Shown here in pieces: positions 8,429 through 18,530 of a stretch of 64,000 nucleotides of DNA. Position 1 is the first letter of the stretch, and the number at the start of each line of letters is the position of its first letter. The position numbers and the translations under genes are program-made. The stretch lies in assembly GCA_000091205.1 (NCBI GenBank), contig AP006492.2. One strand, written 5' to 3'. The notes below the pieces were generated by a model. It saw nothing but the letters and a program-made list of their open reading frames with translations, did not search any database and was not told the origin of the DNA. The DNA comes from Cyanidioschyzon merolae. Taxonomy: Eukaryota.

Positions 8429-10585
8429 ATCATCACCATCGCAGCACCGAAGCGTGCGGAAGATGGCATGGACGGTAATTTACGCCAGAAAGACATGCGT
8501 CTGCTGAGGTTCTCGAGAGCGAGATACCATCGAGAATCCGTTGTAGTGAATGCAAGGATGATAATCGTTACGTGGAATGCAGGAATAAAGCATCACCTGG
8601 AAGCTTTGAGCGAGGCGACGAGCCGCGGAGCGGTCTATGAAGCTTTTCGGAAATTCATGGAATTTCGTGTTGCCCATTGGGATGCGCTGTGGGAGGAGTA
8701 TAAAAAGCCCCGGTGGGCTCGTCTGCGAATGAATCTATACGGTGTGAAGCAGCGGGCGTTTGCGAATTTTTTCAATCAGTTGAGCGCCTTTGAGGGGGAT
8801 GACCGTCAGAGGCTCGTAGTAGCGTATGGAGCAGGGCGCTGGAAGAACAGAAAAGGAACTACGCCAGCTCCAGCGACGAAGCTGTACAAGGAGTGCGCCC
8901 GGCGTCTCGTTACGATACCTGTATATGAGTTCCGGACGTCCTATACATACCAGGAACTGGGCTGCACGCTTCAGAGGGTAGAGATGGAAAAGTGCCAGAA
9001 GAGCGCTGAGGAAATTGCAAAAGTACGGACCGCTGGCGGAGGAGCAACTGTAAAGGAAGGCGAAAGTTCAAGGGTTACTCGTATTGGTGAGTACAGCTCC
9101 CAACGGCACGAAATGTATGGAGTTCGTGAACCGAGATTTTAATGCCGCTATCAATATACGGAGATGTGCGGTGCTGGAGAAAAGACCTCCAGACTGGACA
9201 CAAGAGGATTTTATTGGACAACCTCTCAAAGTCGAACTATATGAGAAAAAATGGAAGCAGACGTTGGTGGCCGGTCCAAAAAAACGGGGAGGCGTCTGCA
9301 CGTCAGTTGGAGACCCCTTGCCTAGGGCGCGTTCGCCACTACTGTACACGGCCGGGGGCAACGTTTGTCTTTTGAGAGGCGTTCGGTGCGGGCGCGTCAC
9401 GTCGCTTATTCAGAACGTATTTGCGAAGAGTACCTAGAGTATATGTGGTAATAGTTGATGCTTTTCGTGAAGATATTGCTGCCATGGCTGTAACAGGACT
9501 GATGTGACAGAAAATGTGGAAAATGGGCAACTCGAGTTCTTCTGTATTCGATACATCATCCGCTGCCTTGTCGTTTATCTATCTTCCGAGGGTCCTGTGT
9601 CCATTTATTAGCAACGGATCCGTTTACCAATTTGTTTGCAATGATATAGAACAAGATCAATTGTTTAGAATCGATACTGGCCGCTTCTAGAATGCCTCCA
9701 GCTGTGCTCAAGGTGCTGTGGTAATGCTTACATAGCGTACAGCTCGTCTCAGGATGTGACTGCCTGGCATGATGTGCCTCTGGACCGAGTAACGGTAACT
9801 GCGCATCTACGTCTTCACGGCTTACCACCACTTCGTTCTCGTTTTTTTCTAGTGTACAAGACATAAACATAATCCGGAAATCAGCACAACACTTCAGACG
9901 GTTTTATGGACGTAGCCTACGAGCAACGGTAGGCAACAGTGGTGAATATATCGAGACGATGCCTCGACCGCCAGAACAAGCTATAAGCACTTTCAATGTT
10001 AGAGCTATAAGTGCGCTGTGAGGCTGGCGGCCCTGCTTCCATTCGTGCCAAGCGGAGCCGGAGCCCGTAGGCAGGCGTCACGAATATTAGCTTTTCCTCA
10101 AGAGGAATCGGATTTTGGTGAAATTTGCGGTTGTACGGATCGAGTCAAATTTGCTCCAGAACCTCTCCTCAGGACTAGAATGTGCTCAAGTACAACGAAA
10201 CTCAAAAAACAGTTCCAGACGCTCTACTGCAGACATACTCGCTACATGCAACTCGGAAACCGTATTCCGACTACAAAGAGAAGAAAGGGTACCAAGATAC
10301 CGCCATTACCACCAAGGCTATCATCGGGGGCAAGCTCATAGGCATAGGTAATCATTCCTTTACGTTCCAAAAGCAAATTCTGGTCCATTCTTTCTGTTCA
10401 TCAGATCTCTGAATGTCAGCCCCCGAAGAGGACCTCAGATGACACTTCGCGCACAAATATCCACATTAACGCATTCGTTCATTCGTACTCTCGGGTCTTG
10501 TGAACATGAGTGGAATATTGTCGCAACAGAGGATCAGCATAGACGTGATCTAGACTGTGGGCAAATTAACAGTTGAAACGTTCGC

Positions 10586-13500
10586 TCACGCAGTCGGTGG
10601 AGCTGAAGATGTCGCTGATTCCGAGGCGCTCGCAGACGTCGACACAGAAGCTGAAACTGAAGCACTCGCTGATGCACTCGTTGATGCACTCGCAGACACC
10701 GTCGCAGAAGCTGTCGCAGAGACTGTTGCAGACACCGTCGCAGAGGGTGCCGCTGTCACAGCCACGGGACTCGGAGTCGGTGTTGAACTAATCACCACAC
10801 ACTGGTTGTTGATGCACTCCTCGTCAGCGCGGCAGCAACGCACCTTGCTCACAAGGTTATCCGAAGGGATCAGGTACGTCCCGCACTGCTTCGTAGGGTC
10901 CTTGCACACACAGAATGACGGCAGCAGCACCTGTTGTTGCTGCTGTTGCTGCAGTTGCTGCTGCTGCTGCTGGTTGTTGTTGTTGCTGAACGGGTTGTAC
11001 GTGCAGTTCTGCGTCTCGGCGTTGCAGCACTCGGGGCCGCAAGCAATATAGCTCGAGTTCGATACGTTGCTAGTGGTGCCGCTCAGCGAGTTCGACACAT
11101 ACCCGTAGGTCTGGCACACGTACTCGGTCATCGGCTGGAAGCACTCGTTGCTGAGCCCCAGGCAGCAACCAGCCTCCAGACACTGCTGTGGCGAGTAGCT
11201 CGTGCGCTGCGTCCCGTGCTGCTCTCCGTACAGGAGCGTGTTCAGCAGACGCACAAACTGGTTGTTGTTGATGTTATTGTTCAGCTGCTGGTTCTGATTC
11301 ACCGCGTTCGTGCACGGCTGGCGCTCAAACTCGCCCACCGCGCACGTCTTCTCGGGCTGGAAGCAGTACGGGTTCGACTCAAAGTCGCTCTGCTGCTTGC
11401 CGTTCTGCACCCACTGGTTCTGCGCCTGCGAGTCGTAGCAGCAGCCCTGGGCATAGCACGTAAACTGGTTGATACCCGCGTTGCCGCACGGCTGGCGCTG
11501 CGCTCCCGGTGACGGGCAGACGGGTACTGGTGCCTGCACCTCCTGCAGCGCTACAGAGGCCTGCGGTGCATGGTTGATGTCGTAGTAGCACCAGGGTGCC
11601 AGGATGCCGTTTGCCGTTGGCTGCCAGCAGCATCCCGGTATCGCAGTGCACTCGTCGGGATAGATGTAGCTCCAGCCGCAGGGGACGCGCTGCGTCACTG
11701 GAACAGCGCTGCACGCCGCTGAGACGCTCTTCAGGGTGCACGCGTTCGTCTGGGAGTTAAAGCAGCACCCGACTTGCTCGCAAGCGTCCTGGTTTGTGTA
11801 CTGGCCCGGAGAACCGCAGATTTCACTCGTGCAAACTGGTGTTGGCGTTGCACTCGGTGTCGGGGTTATAATAGCAAGTGTCGCACCAGAGGGTAGAATT
11901 GTAGAAAGCTGGTCGGTGAAAGTTTGAAGCACACTTTGCAGTTCACTGGCGAGGGATGTGTCTCCTGAGATCTTAATCACATAGGTCACAACACTGCCGC
12001 CCGAAGTGCGCACCAATGCTCGTTCCAGACGAAGATTGCTCTTGTCTAATGTGGTGGCGAGGCGCCTTGATGTGCCCGAACCGAAGACCGTGTCGCAGTT
12101 ATCAGTCACGCTGACATTCACTACCTGGCCCGTGAAGCGAGCCTCGAGATCGTTCTGCAAATCCGTCGCCACGGCCAAACAAAGAGAAAGATTCTGAACG
12201 GATATCGCAATCGAGGTGGAAATCGTCGTCGGCACGATTGTTGGTGACGTTGTTGCAGTTGGAGTCATCGTCGGCGTCATCGTCACTGTCGTTGGAGACT
12301 CTGTTACAGTAATCGTTGGCGATGATGTAATTGTCGGAGTCATCGTCGCAGTCGGTGTCGGTGTAGGTGTAGGTGTAGGTGTCGGTGTCGGTGTCAGTGT
12401 AGGTGTCGGTGTCAGTGTCGCAGTCGGTGTCGCAGTCGGTGTCGCAGTCGGTGTCGGTGTCGGTGTCGGTGTCGCAGTCGGTGTCGGTGTCGGTGTAGGT
12501 GTCAGCGTGGGTGTCGGGGTCGCAGTAGCAGTTGGCGTAATCGTTGGTGTCAGAGTTGGCGTTGATGTTGGCGTAGGCGTAGGGGTAGGCGTAAAGAACG
12601 TTTCACTCAGTGCGAAAACATCATTGAGATAGCCAGGAATGCTAGTGTTTGAGTATCCAAATCCGCCAAACATGACCGGATCAGTCCCACTTGTGTTCCA
12701 GAAAACTGACCCAGTTCGACCGCCAGGCGAAACACTAGGGCTGGTCTTATTCAAAAATCCATATACGGAAAGTGCAAATCCATTTTGGCTGCCATTGATC
12801 CACGCCCACTGACCCAGTGTCATATCAAATACCCACAAATCGTTCAAATCACCGGGGCTCTCACGAGTATTCCCATATCCTTCACCACCAAAAAGTAGCA
12901 GATTACCCAAAGAATCCACGAAACTCACGCCTGAGTCTCTTGCACCAGGGTAACTGGTTGGGGCGAAAGCACCGAGACTTCCATAAGATCCTGGATTGTT
13001 AATAGTGGTATTCCCTGCGATAAAAATCCATACAGATTGACTTATGTTGTAGACCCAGAGATCATTCAACTTCCCTTGTCCTGGTGCTGTGCTGTCGCCG
13101 TAGCCAAGACCACCGAACATCCAGAGATTTCCTTCAAAATCTGTCCAGGTATTCGCGACGATGCGCGCACCTGGTGCACTCGAATTGTTCGCCACGCCAG
13201 GTGCGCTATAGTTGCCAGGCTGGTTAGCAAGTTGTGATCCGCCTCTGTATGCCCATTGCAGTGTAGTGGGATTAAATGACCACAGATCGGAGACAGAATC
13301 CCCAAGATTATTTTCACCACCAAACAACCAAAAAGTACCGTCAGCACCCAACCAGAATGATGCACTGCCTCGGGACCCAGGATTGTAGGAAGGACCAAAG
13401 ACGCCCTCCGCTCCATATATCGTGCCGGCATTTACCGTATCATTCCCGCTGACCCAAGTCCAGACTCTGCTTTCTGTATCGTACATCCACATGTCGTTCA

Positions 13501-14011
13501 TGGGGCCAAAGTTTGCATTCCGATCATAACCGAGGCCACCAAACAACCAGAAATGCTGCTCGTCCATCTGCCAGTACGCGCTTCGATAACGACTGCCAGG
13601 TGTATTGGCTGGGCTGCCTGTGCCGACTGTGCCGTACACTCCTGGTTGGTCGGCTTCTGAGGAACCTCCTATCCACGTCCATTCATGTGAGGTCAAGTTG
13701 AAGGTCCATAGATCATTAAAGTAGCTCAGATATGGGTTTCCACCCCCAACCCCGCCAAACAAGTATACCAAGCTCGAACTTCCGACCCAGGCTGCAGAAT
13801 CGTAACGGCCACCTGGAACACTATCTGCTGAAGTCTGGTTCAGCGTTCCATAATTACCAGGATTATCTCTACCCGTCTCTCCACCTATCCAGGTCCAGCT
13901 AACCGTACTCACAGGCGACAACGCAGCTACAAGCGACACGGAAAACGTGGCCGCCAACAATAGACAAACAGCAACAACCAGGCCACGTACCAGAGAGCGA
14001 GCTCGAAACAT
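10586..14011 (-). CDS. Secreted multidomain protein: signal peptide, Kelch/galactose-oxidase-like beta-propeller repeats, Thr-Pro-rich mucin-like linker, 3-4 trefoil (P-type)-like Cys domains, polyQ, and a Ser/Ala/Val-rich tail
   Basis: 1141 aa single ORF. The N-terminus [30 protein letters not shown] is signal-peptide-like. Recurrent ...YLFGG / WLFGG ... NDLW(T/S/V)F blades indicate Kelch repeats. (TPTPTP...)n lies at about 12240-12600. Trefoil-like modules show R-x-x-C-G-x9-C-x4-C-C-[YFW] ... P(W/Y)C(F/Y): [23 protein letters not shown]...APWCYY and [22 protein letters not shown]...NPYCFQP. Confidence 0.7.
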   Translation of the reverse strand: MFRARSLVRGLVVAVCLLLAATFSVSLVAALSPVSTVSWTWIGGETGRDNPGNYGTLNQTSADSVPGGRYDSAAWVGSSSLVYLFGGVGGGNPYLSYFNDLWTFNLTSHEWTWIGGSSEADQPGVYGTVGTGSPANTPGSRYRSAYWQMDEQHFWLFGGLGYDRNANFGPMNDMWMYDTESRVWTWVSGNDTVNAGTIYGAEGVFGPSYNPGSRGSASFWLGADGTFWLFGGENNLGDSVSDLWSFNPTTLQWAYRGGSQLANQPGNYSAPGVANNSSAPGARIVANTWTDFEGNLWMFGGLGYGDSTAPGQGKLNDLWVYNISQSVWIFIAGNTTINNPGSYGSLGAFAPTSYPGARDSGVSFVDSLGNLLLFGGEGYGNTRESPGDLNDLWVFDMTLGQWAWINGSQNGFALSVYGFLNKTSPSVSPGGRTGSVFWNTSGTDPVMFGGFGYSNTSIPGYLNDVFALSETFFTPTPTPTPTSTPTLTPTITPTATATPTPTLTPTPTPTPTATPTPTPTPTATPTATPTATLTPTPTLTPTPTPTPTPTPTPTATMTPTITSSPTITVTESPTTVTMTPTMTPTATTSPTIVPTTISTSIAISVQNLSLCLAVATDLQNDLEARFTGQVVNVSVTDNCDTVFGSGTSRRLATTLDKSNLRLERALVRTSGGSVVTYVIKISGDTSLASELQSVLQTFTDQLSTILPSGATLAIITPTPSATPTPVCTSEICGSPGQYTNQDACEQVGCCFNSQTNACTLKSVSAACSAVPVTQRVPCGWSYIYPDECTAIPGCCWQPTANGILAPWCYYDINHAPQASVALQEVQAPVPVCPSPGAQRQPCGNAGINQFTCYAQGCCYDSQAQNQWVQNGKQQSDFESNPYCFQPEKTCAVGEFERQPCTNAVNQNQQLNNNINNNQFVRLLNTLLYGEQHGTQRTSYSPQQCLEAGCCLGLSNECFQPMTEYVCQTYGYVSNSLSGTTSNVSNSSYIACGPECCNAETQNCTYNPFSNNNNQQQQQQLQQQQQQQVLLPSFCVCKDPTKQCGTYLIPSDNLVSKVRCCRADEECINNQCVVISSTPTPSPVAVTAAPSATVSATVSATASATVSASASTSASASASVSASVSTSASASESATSSAPPTA
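12240..12600. repeat. Low-complexity (ACN-CCN)n coding repeat (Thr-Pro linker); mirrored on the plus strand as the spurious (GV)n ORF 12216-12632
   Basis: gtcggtgtcggtgtaggtgt... periodicity; encodes [11 protein letters not shown]... on the minus strand. Confidence 0.8.
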
Positions 14012-17000
14012 CTCGTTCGACGCTCTCTCAGTCCAATAAATACGGGTATTTGTTCTTTCTTGCGTGAATATATCTTCACTATTGTTTTTTCGTTATGGTC
14101 AACACGAACGTAACCACCGTGTGTTGTGAAAGCCAAAACAACAACGCACAAAGTGATAGCGCCAAAAACGCGAAACGCGCGCGCGCACTGCAGAGGAATT
14201 TGAATTGGGGTCATCATGATGCGATGAAGAATTCACGTTGATGTCGAGACTGGAGCGTAACGGACGTAGGGAATTCGGGGTACATAGTCCGAAATATTCA
14301 AGTTGAAAGAGGTACTGAAAGCTATATATAGGCTAGTGGGATTTCATTCGAATGAGTAACTCCCGAGTACTGCTCCTTCCAGGTGCGAGTCAGCAGGGTT
14401 CAGCAGGTCACGGCTCTAGGTAAGAAGGATAGCGAATAACGAACTATCAGTTGCTGAGGCTCGTCCACCACCCGAAACGCAGAAGTACCCCAATAGCGTA
14501 TTTTCTATCTCTTTTTTGCGAAATGATCATATTGGAAATATTCCGTGGTACTGCGAGTGTTTTGCAGTCCTTTTCTGGTGCAGACACCGAAGCAGAGTAG
14601 TTGGAAGGTTTGTGTAGGTCTGTACCATTGGTGTTTGTTTTAGATACGAAACATCGAATAATGAGCTCCTGCGTCTCTATTGCGAGGAAAACTAAGAAAT
14701 ATTTCTCGCGTGGGAAGTGGTCTCTCTTTAGGGACAGGCCGTCGTCGTTCGAAGTGGAACGCATATACGCGTACCCATGCTTCGACCTTCAACCTACGAA
14801 GCGAGAATTCGTAGGTGTTTTCTTCATCTAACCTCGTTCGGCCTAAGCTTGGAGCCATGTGTATCAACCGCTTCTGGCAAGCCGAGCACCAACAAGCATT
14901 TTCAAGGCTCGCGCAGACTGGTGATCCGCGGAGGATGCTGGCCCAATCGGAGACTTCATAACTTTTCATCCAGTTTTCCAACAAACGCTCCGTGTCATAT
15001 ATTTTTATATCTGCTACCTGCAAAGAAGGATCCGTTGCTGCAGATGACTCTATCTAGTTGAGTGTCAGCCTCACGGTAGCGCACCTACCCCATAGTTTCT
15101 CGGTACCGATCAATACCTAGTCTCGCATTTCCGAGTGGGATCTCCGTTGGACTTTGGAAACTCCATAGTCTGAATTGGTCTTTCGAAAGCAGCCAAAGCT
15201 ATTCTTCTACGTCTGCGGATTTGTTAATCGAGAATTGAGCATGCTTGCCTGCTTGATCAGTGTCGTTTTATGTGGAGCAGCTTTTACTTGAAATTGTCTG
15301 GTATGATGTCCAATCATATTCCCAGAAGCGTCGCTCCATCTCTATTTGGGTGACTAGCGGGCAGGTTAGAGCCACCAATACATGCCCTCCTCTACACGAC
15401 AATTTCCCCAGCAAAATCCCGGAATGTCTCCATGTAGTTATCGATCCATCAGCTGGACAGGGCCATCAAGTCTACAGACCAATTCCATTTTGAATTTCCA
15501 CCTTACTCGGTTTATGATGCCAGCACTTGTTTCGCAATGTGCTTTTCATACAGCACATTCCCCAGTACACATCCTATTTCCCAGAACTCTCTATCCGGAA
15601 ACCTTGCCCCGGATTCCTTGTTCTCTTTTGTCGACGTACTTGCGCGAGGCACGATCACTAGCTCTGTCAGTCAGCGGAGACATTATTCAATATCTTGGCC
15701 TCTCGCATTGATTTCTGTTCGATGCCTCGCTGCGACCGCTTCATCGGAGGTTATTCGGAGTTTCTCGCATATGAAGGCGCTTTCGAGGGTGGAGAGCTTC
15801 CTCATGCTATTATTCAGCGTCTGCAATATTGTGTGCAATCTAGCTTGCGGGCTGCTTGCGTGGTTCAGCTGCTTGCCCTGCTGTATTCTGTATGGAAAGA
15901 AAACAGATGCTCAATCCGTTCTTGCAACTTGATATTTGGCAGTTATCCCCGGCAGTAGAAGATGAATGCCTAAAACATCCTTCTATTTAACAATTTACCT
16001 TCTCGGGAGAATCTGCCTCCATCCGGTAAAAGCTGTAGAGGTGGTGCATCTTGCTTCCTCGCCGTGGTGGCAGTTTTCAAACACGACACACGTTGCTCTC
16101 CGTCAGCACTGCCTTCCCCTTACACACGGGGAAGACGCCGACGGTCTTCATGGCATCCTCGTAGTCCAGCTCCTTCGTTCTCGACTCTCGGTTGCTTTCG
16201 TTCGGCATAAGCATTCTACTGATATATCCTGAAGCAGCGTCCGGATGCTAAGACGCACTTGTGCGAAAAGATGGAGTACTCTGGAGCTCGTAGTACCTGC
16301 GTATACTCGGAAGTTGCCGCTCTTCTTTTCCATTGTACGCATGCAGCTCTTTCCGTGCCGGGATATTCTGGTGCGATACATACGTCATACGCCCGAAAAG
16401 AATCACCGAAAGCATGTTATATTATGTACCAGATCACACAATGAGCTCCAACAATAGAGATGCCCAATTCTGAGCGCTTTACTCTATATTCCAGAGCAAA
16501 TGCGCTCTCTGCAGTTGCCGCAAATGTGCTCTTCTCGGATGACGACCGCCTTCAGCATTCTCTGGCGCATTCAGTGCGAAGCAGTTCATAGCTATCACTA
16601 TACTAATCACTATTGCAGTACGCTTTATGACTTGCGAAGCATTGTTGGCTCTTCACATCAGGAGGAGCGCCCTCTCACTCGTTTAATATCCGATCGAATG
16701 TGCGGCAGGCCGCCTACTTGGTTCACCGTTGCTCCCACATCCGTCCTTGATGCAGCGATGTGCGCTCCGAAGGCGCCTCTCATCTTCGAAGCCATGAAAC
16801 TTCAGACAAGGGCCAAGATATTCGACTTTGGGCCTCGCCGCCGTAACGGCTGGTCCACAACGTCAAGATTCAGTTCGTATAGCTGATCTGCCTTGTCGAT
16901 TTCGTACGTTGGTTCAATAACCTGCGGTTTCGTCTTCTCTCGACCTTCCGTATATTCGCCACGCCACTGAAAATACGAGCCCGAGTCCGAGAAGCGCCCC

Positions 17001-17047
17001 TGGGTCGCCACTTCGACTACGCGGCGGCTGGCCTCCTCATTCGGAAT

Positions 17048-18061
17048 CTATTCCCGAGTGATGTACTTCTGAAGAATCGGGAAGAATATGTTGCGGAACC
17101 TGCCACGCTTTTCACGTAAGAGGTTGCTATCGGCGACACATCCCGGGAAAATCGCCACAGGGGTCACCCCGTCGCGGCCGTATCGATCACTGAGCGCCTT
17201 CATTGTCAATACGTTGGCGGCTTTGGCGTCTTTGTAGGCTTTTGTGGGCTCAAACGGACTATTCTCTTCCATGCCAGTCGTCCGCGGTCCGAGTCTTGCG
17301 TCGACACCAGACAAATCACCAAGACGAGCCTGCGGGGGGATCTTTCCCGGCAGCGAATTCGGCGAGTGGGTCTGAGTCGTCAAGAACACAATGCGCCCGC
17401 GCAATATTTTCAGCTTCGGCAACAGCTCCCGACATAGAAGCAAATGGCTCAGATGGCAAACCTGTATGGCCTTCTCGATGCCGTCCACCATGAAACGCGG
17501 TTTCTTGTCCCGCGGATGCCATATTGCGGCATTGCAGATAAGGGCATCCAGGTGATCGACGCGCGCCACACTCGATAGCTCTCTCATAGACTTCAACACA
17601 GAGGCGAAATCAGCCAGATCACAATGCAGCACTGTATAGGCGTCCTTTGGGAGGTTCACGCTGTTTGCTGTGCGTTCCGCCTGACCAATGTCACGACATG
17701 CCATGACGATGTGCCAATTGCCCTTGTTGATCAGAGCGCGAGCTGCATACAGACCGACCCCAGAGGACGCGCCAGTGATCACGGCGATCTGCGACTGTTT
17801 CGGGCCCATACGAAGATGCAGCATACGATGCCGGCGCGTTACAGGCGATCGCTGCACCATCAAGGGTAGCGGATGCTGGAAATGGTGACGATGTACAGCT
17901 GTGAAGCACCTGTCACGTGCGGTACGCAGCGGAAACGGTGCTCGAGTTGCAGCGGGTGCGCCAACTATGTGTTTTTCCTGGCACAGCGGAAAACAAACCA
18001 ATACGTCTTGCAGTTTTTTGGGATAGATTTTCTTTGGTGGTAAAGCTGCCAACTTCATCAC
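17048..18061 (-). CDS. Light-dependent protochlorophyllide oxidoreductase (LPOR)-like short-chain dehydrogenase with N-terminal transit-peptide-like extension
   Basis: 337 aa: IAVITGASSGVGL (NADPH Rossmann motif), NAAIW, YKDAK (SDR catalytic Y-x-x-x-K). The C-terminus GVTPVAIFPGCVADSNLLREKRGRFRNIFFPILQKYITRE closely matches the LPOR C-terminus (...YPGCIATTGLFREHIPLFR.LFPPFQKYITKG). Related RDH/WWOX-type SDRs are not excluded. Confidence 0.7.
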   Translation of the reverse strand: MMKLAALPPKKIYPKKLQDVLVCFPLCQEKHIVGAPAATRAPFPLRTARDRCFTAVHRHHFQHPLPLMVQRSPVTRRHRMLHLRMGPKQSQIAVITGASSGVGLYAARALINKGNWHIVMACRDIGQAERTANSVNLPKDAYTVLHCDLADFASVLKSMRELSSVARVDHLDALICNAAIWHPRDKKPRFMVDGIEKAIQVCHLSHLLLCRELLPKLKILRGRIVFLTTQTHSPNSLPGKIPPQARLGDLSGVDARLGPRTTGMEENSPFEPTKAYKDAKAANVLTMKALSDRYGRDGVTPVAIFPGCVADSNLLREKRGRFRNIFFPILQKYITRE

Positions 18062-18363
18062 CGACTAAAGTCGTTCGCGTACGCATACATTTCCAGGGAG
18101 AAATCTCTTTTTCGTTGCTGCACGAGTGATCGCCCATCAATTGCGCAGAGTCCGACTTGTAACTCCCGTAGACTGTCTAGCGTTGAGCGCATCGAGCACA
18201 AGCGCTCAATGTCTTCCACAGAGACTAGGCGAAACTCGCGGTTTGCCGTGCAATAATCTCGTCAGTACTGGTAACTCAGTGCTCCGCATTGTTGCGCTCA
18301 GATAGCGCAAAGATCGTAGTGGCACGATGCTGCACCCCGGGGTACGGCGCCGCGGACACGCAA

Positions 18364-18530
18364 GGGAATTCCCTCCGGCGGGATGATTTCGGTGCATACG
18401 CATCTGGTAAGGCGATGGTTCGAACAGCAGAGCCATTAGGGAATTCCCTCCGGCGGGATGATATCGGTGCATACGCATCTGGTAAGGCGATGGTTCGAAC
18501 ACCAGAGCCATTAGGGAATTCCTTCCGGCG
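18364..18530. repeat. 75-bp tandem repeat (about 2.3 units) abutting the 5' end of element copy C; the unit shares its first ~17 nt and a ggttcga(a)cag motif with the element left terminus
   Basis: Units start at 18364 and 18439 (gggaattccctccggcgggatgat(t/a)tcggtgcatacgcatctggtaaggcgatggttcgaaca(g/c)cagagccatta). A third partial unit gggaattccttccggcg runs directly into the element (ttatgcttttttggttcgacagaacgtttctactgacc). Confidence 0.8.

Larger units (their letters stand above)
5945..9400 (+). mobile_element. Fanzor/TnpB-like element, copy B (best preserved coding region)
   Basis: Left-end similarity to copies A and C starts near 5945-5960 (...gtttttttctttttgatgaaaaaacgtttgcattgacaatgcatccc). 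It has a ~1 kb conserved leader, then a nuclease ORF in pieces, then the 3' conserved block ending near 9400. It sits immediately upstream of the LDH start codon (5585) and is followed by the Kelch gene 3' end. Confidence 0.65.
7004..9437 (+). pseudogene. Fanzor/TnpB-like RuvC nuclease pseudogene (copy B)
   Basis: Start codon is mutated (AAG at 7004-7006 where A and C have ATG), with a 1-nt deletion in the following G-run. There is an NLS-like basic stretch and recognisable domains in order: VVGADPGNTNIITIAAPKR (RuvC-I), LVVAYGAGRW...VTIPVYEFRTSYTYQELGCTLQ (E-x-x-TS, Fanzor-type rearranged RuvC-II/Zn-finger region), FVNRDFNAAINIRRCAV (RuvC-III). Lesions: frameshift near 7395, in-frame TAA at 8123-8125, and a 1-nt indel plus TAA near 9040-9075 (copy C is continuous there). 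Confidence 0.6.

Noticed and set aside
6882-9437. Interpreting the frame breaks in the Fanzor-like ORFs as spliceosomal introns
   Set aside because: The breaks are at different positions in different copies (B is continuous where C is broken and vice versa). Several are plain in-frame stops (TAA 8123, TAG 21011, TAG 2658). The neighbouring host genes are all intron-less. Only the junction shared by all copies (7775-7781) is treated as potentially meaningful, and as a ribosomal frameshift rather than an intron.
10934-11512. 192-aa Leu/Arg/Val-rich ORF on the plus strand
   Set aside because: It is antisense to the polyQ/Cys-rich part of the 1141-aa gene. Its composition is driven by the complement of CAG/CAA and GC-rich codons.
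12216-12632. 138-aa (GV)n ORF on the plus strand
   Set aside because: It is the mirror-strand reading of the (ACN-CCN)n Thr-Pro coding repeat of the minus-strand Kelch/trefoil gene. Low complexity, no start context, fully inside a much longer well-supported CDS.
18364-18530. CRISPR array at the 75-bp tandem repeat (and the 80-bp repeat at 36077-36392)
   Set aside because: Units are contiguous with no unique spacers, and the units are 75-80 bp. The context is eukaryotic and there are no cas genes, so these are satellites or minisatellites.
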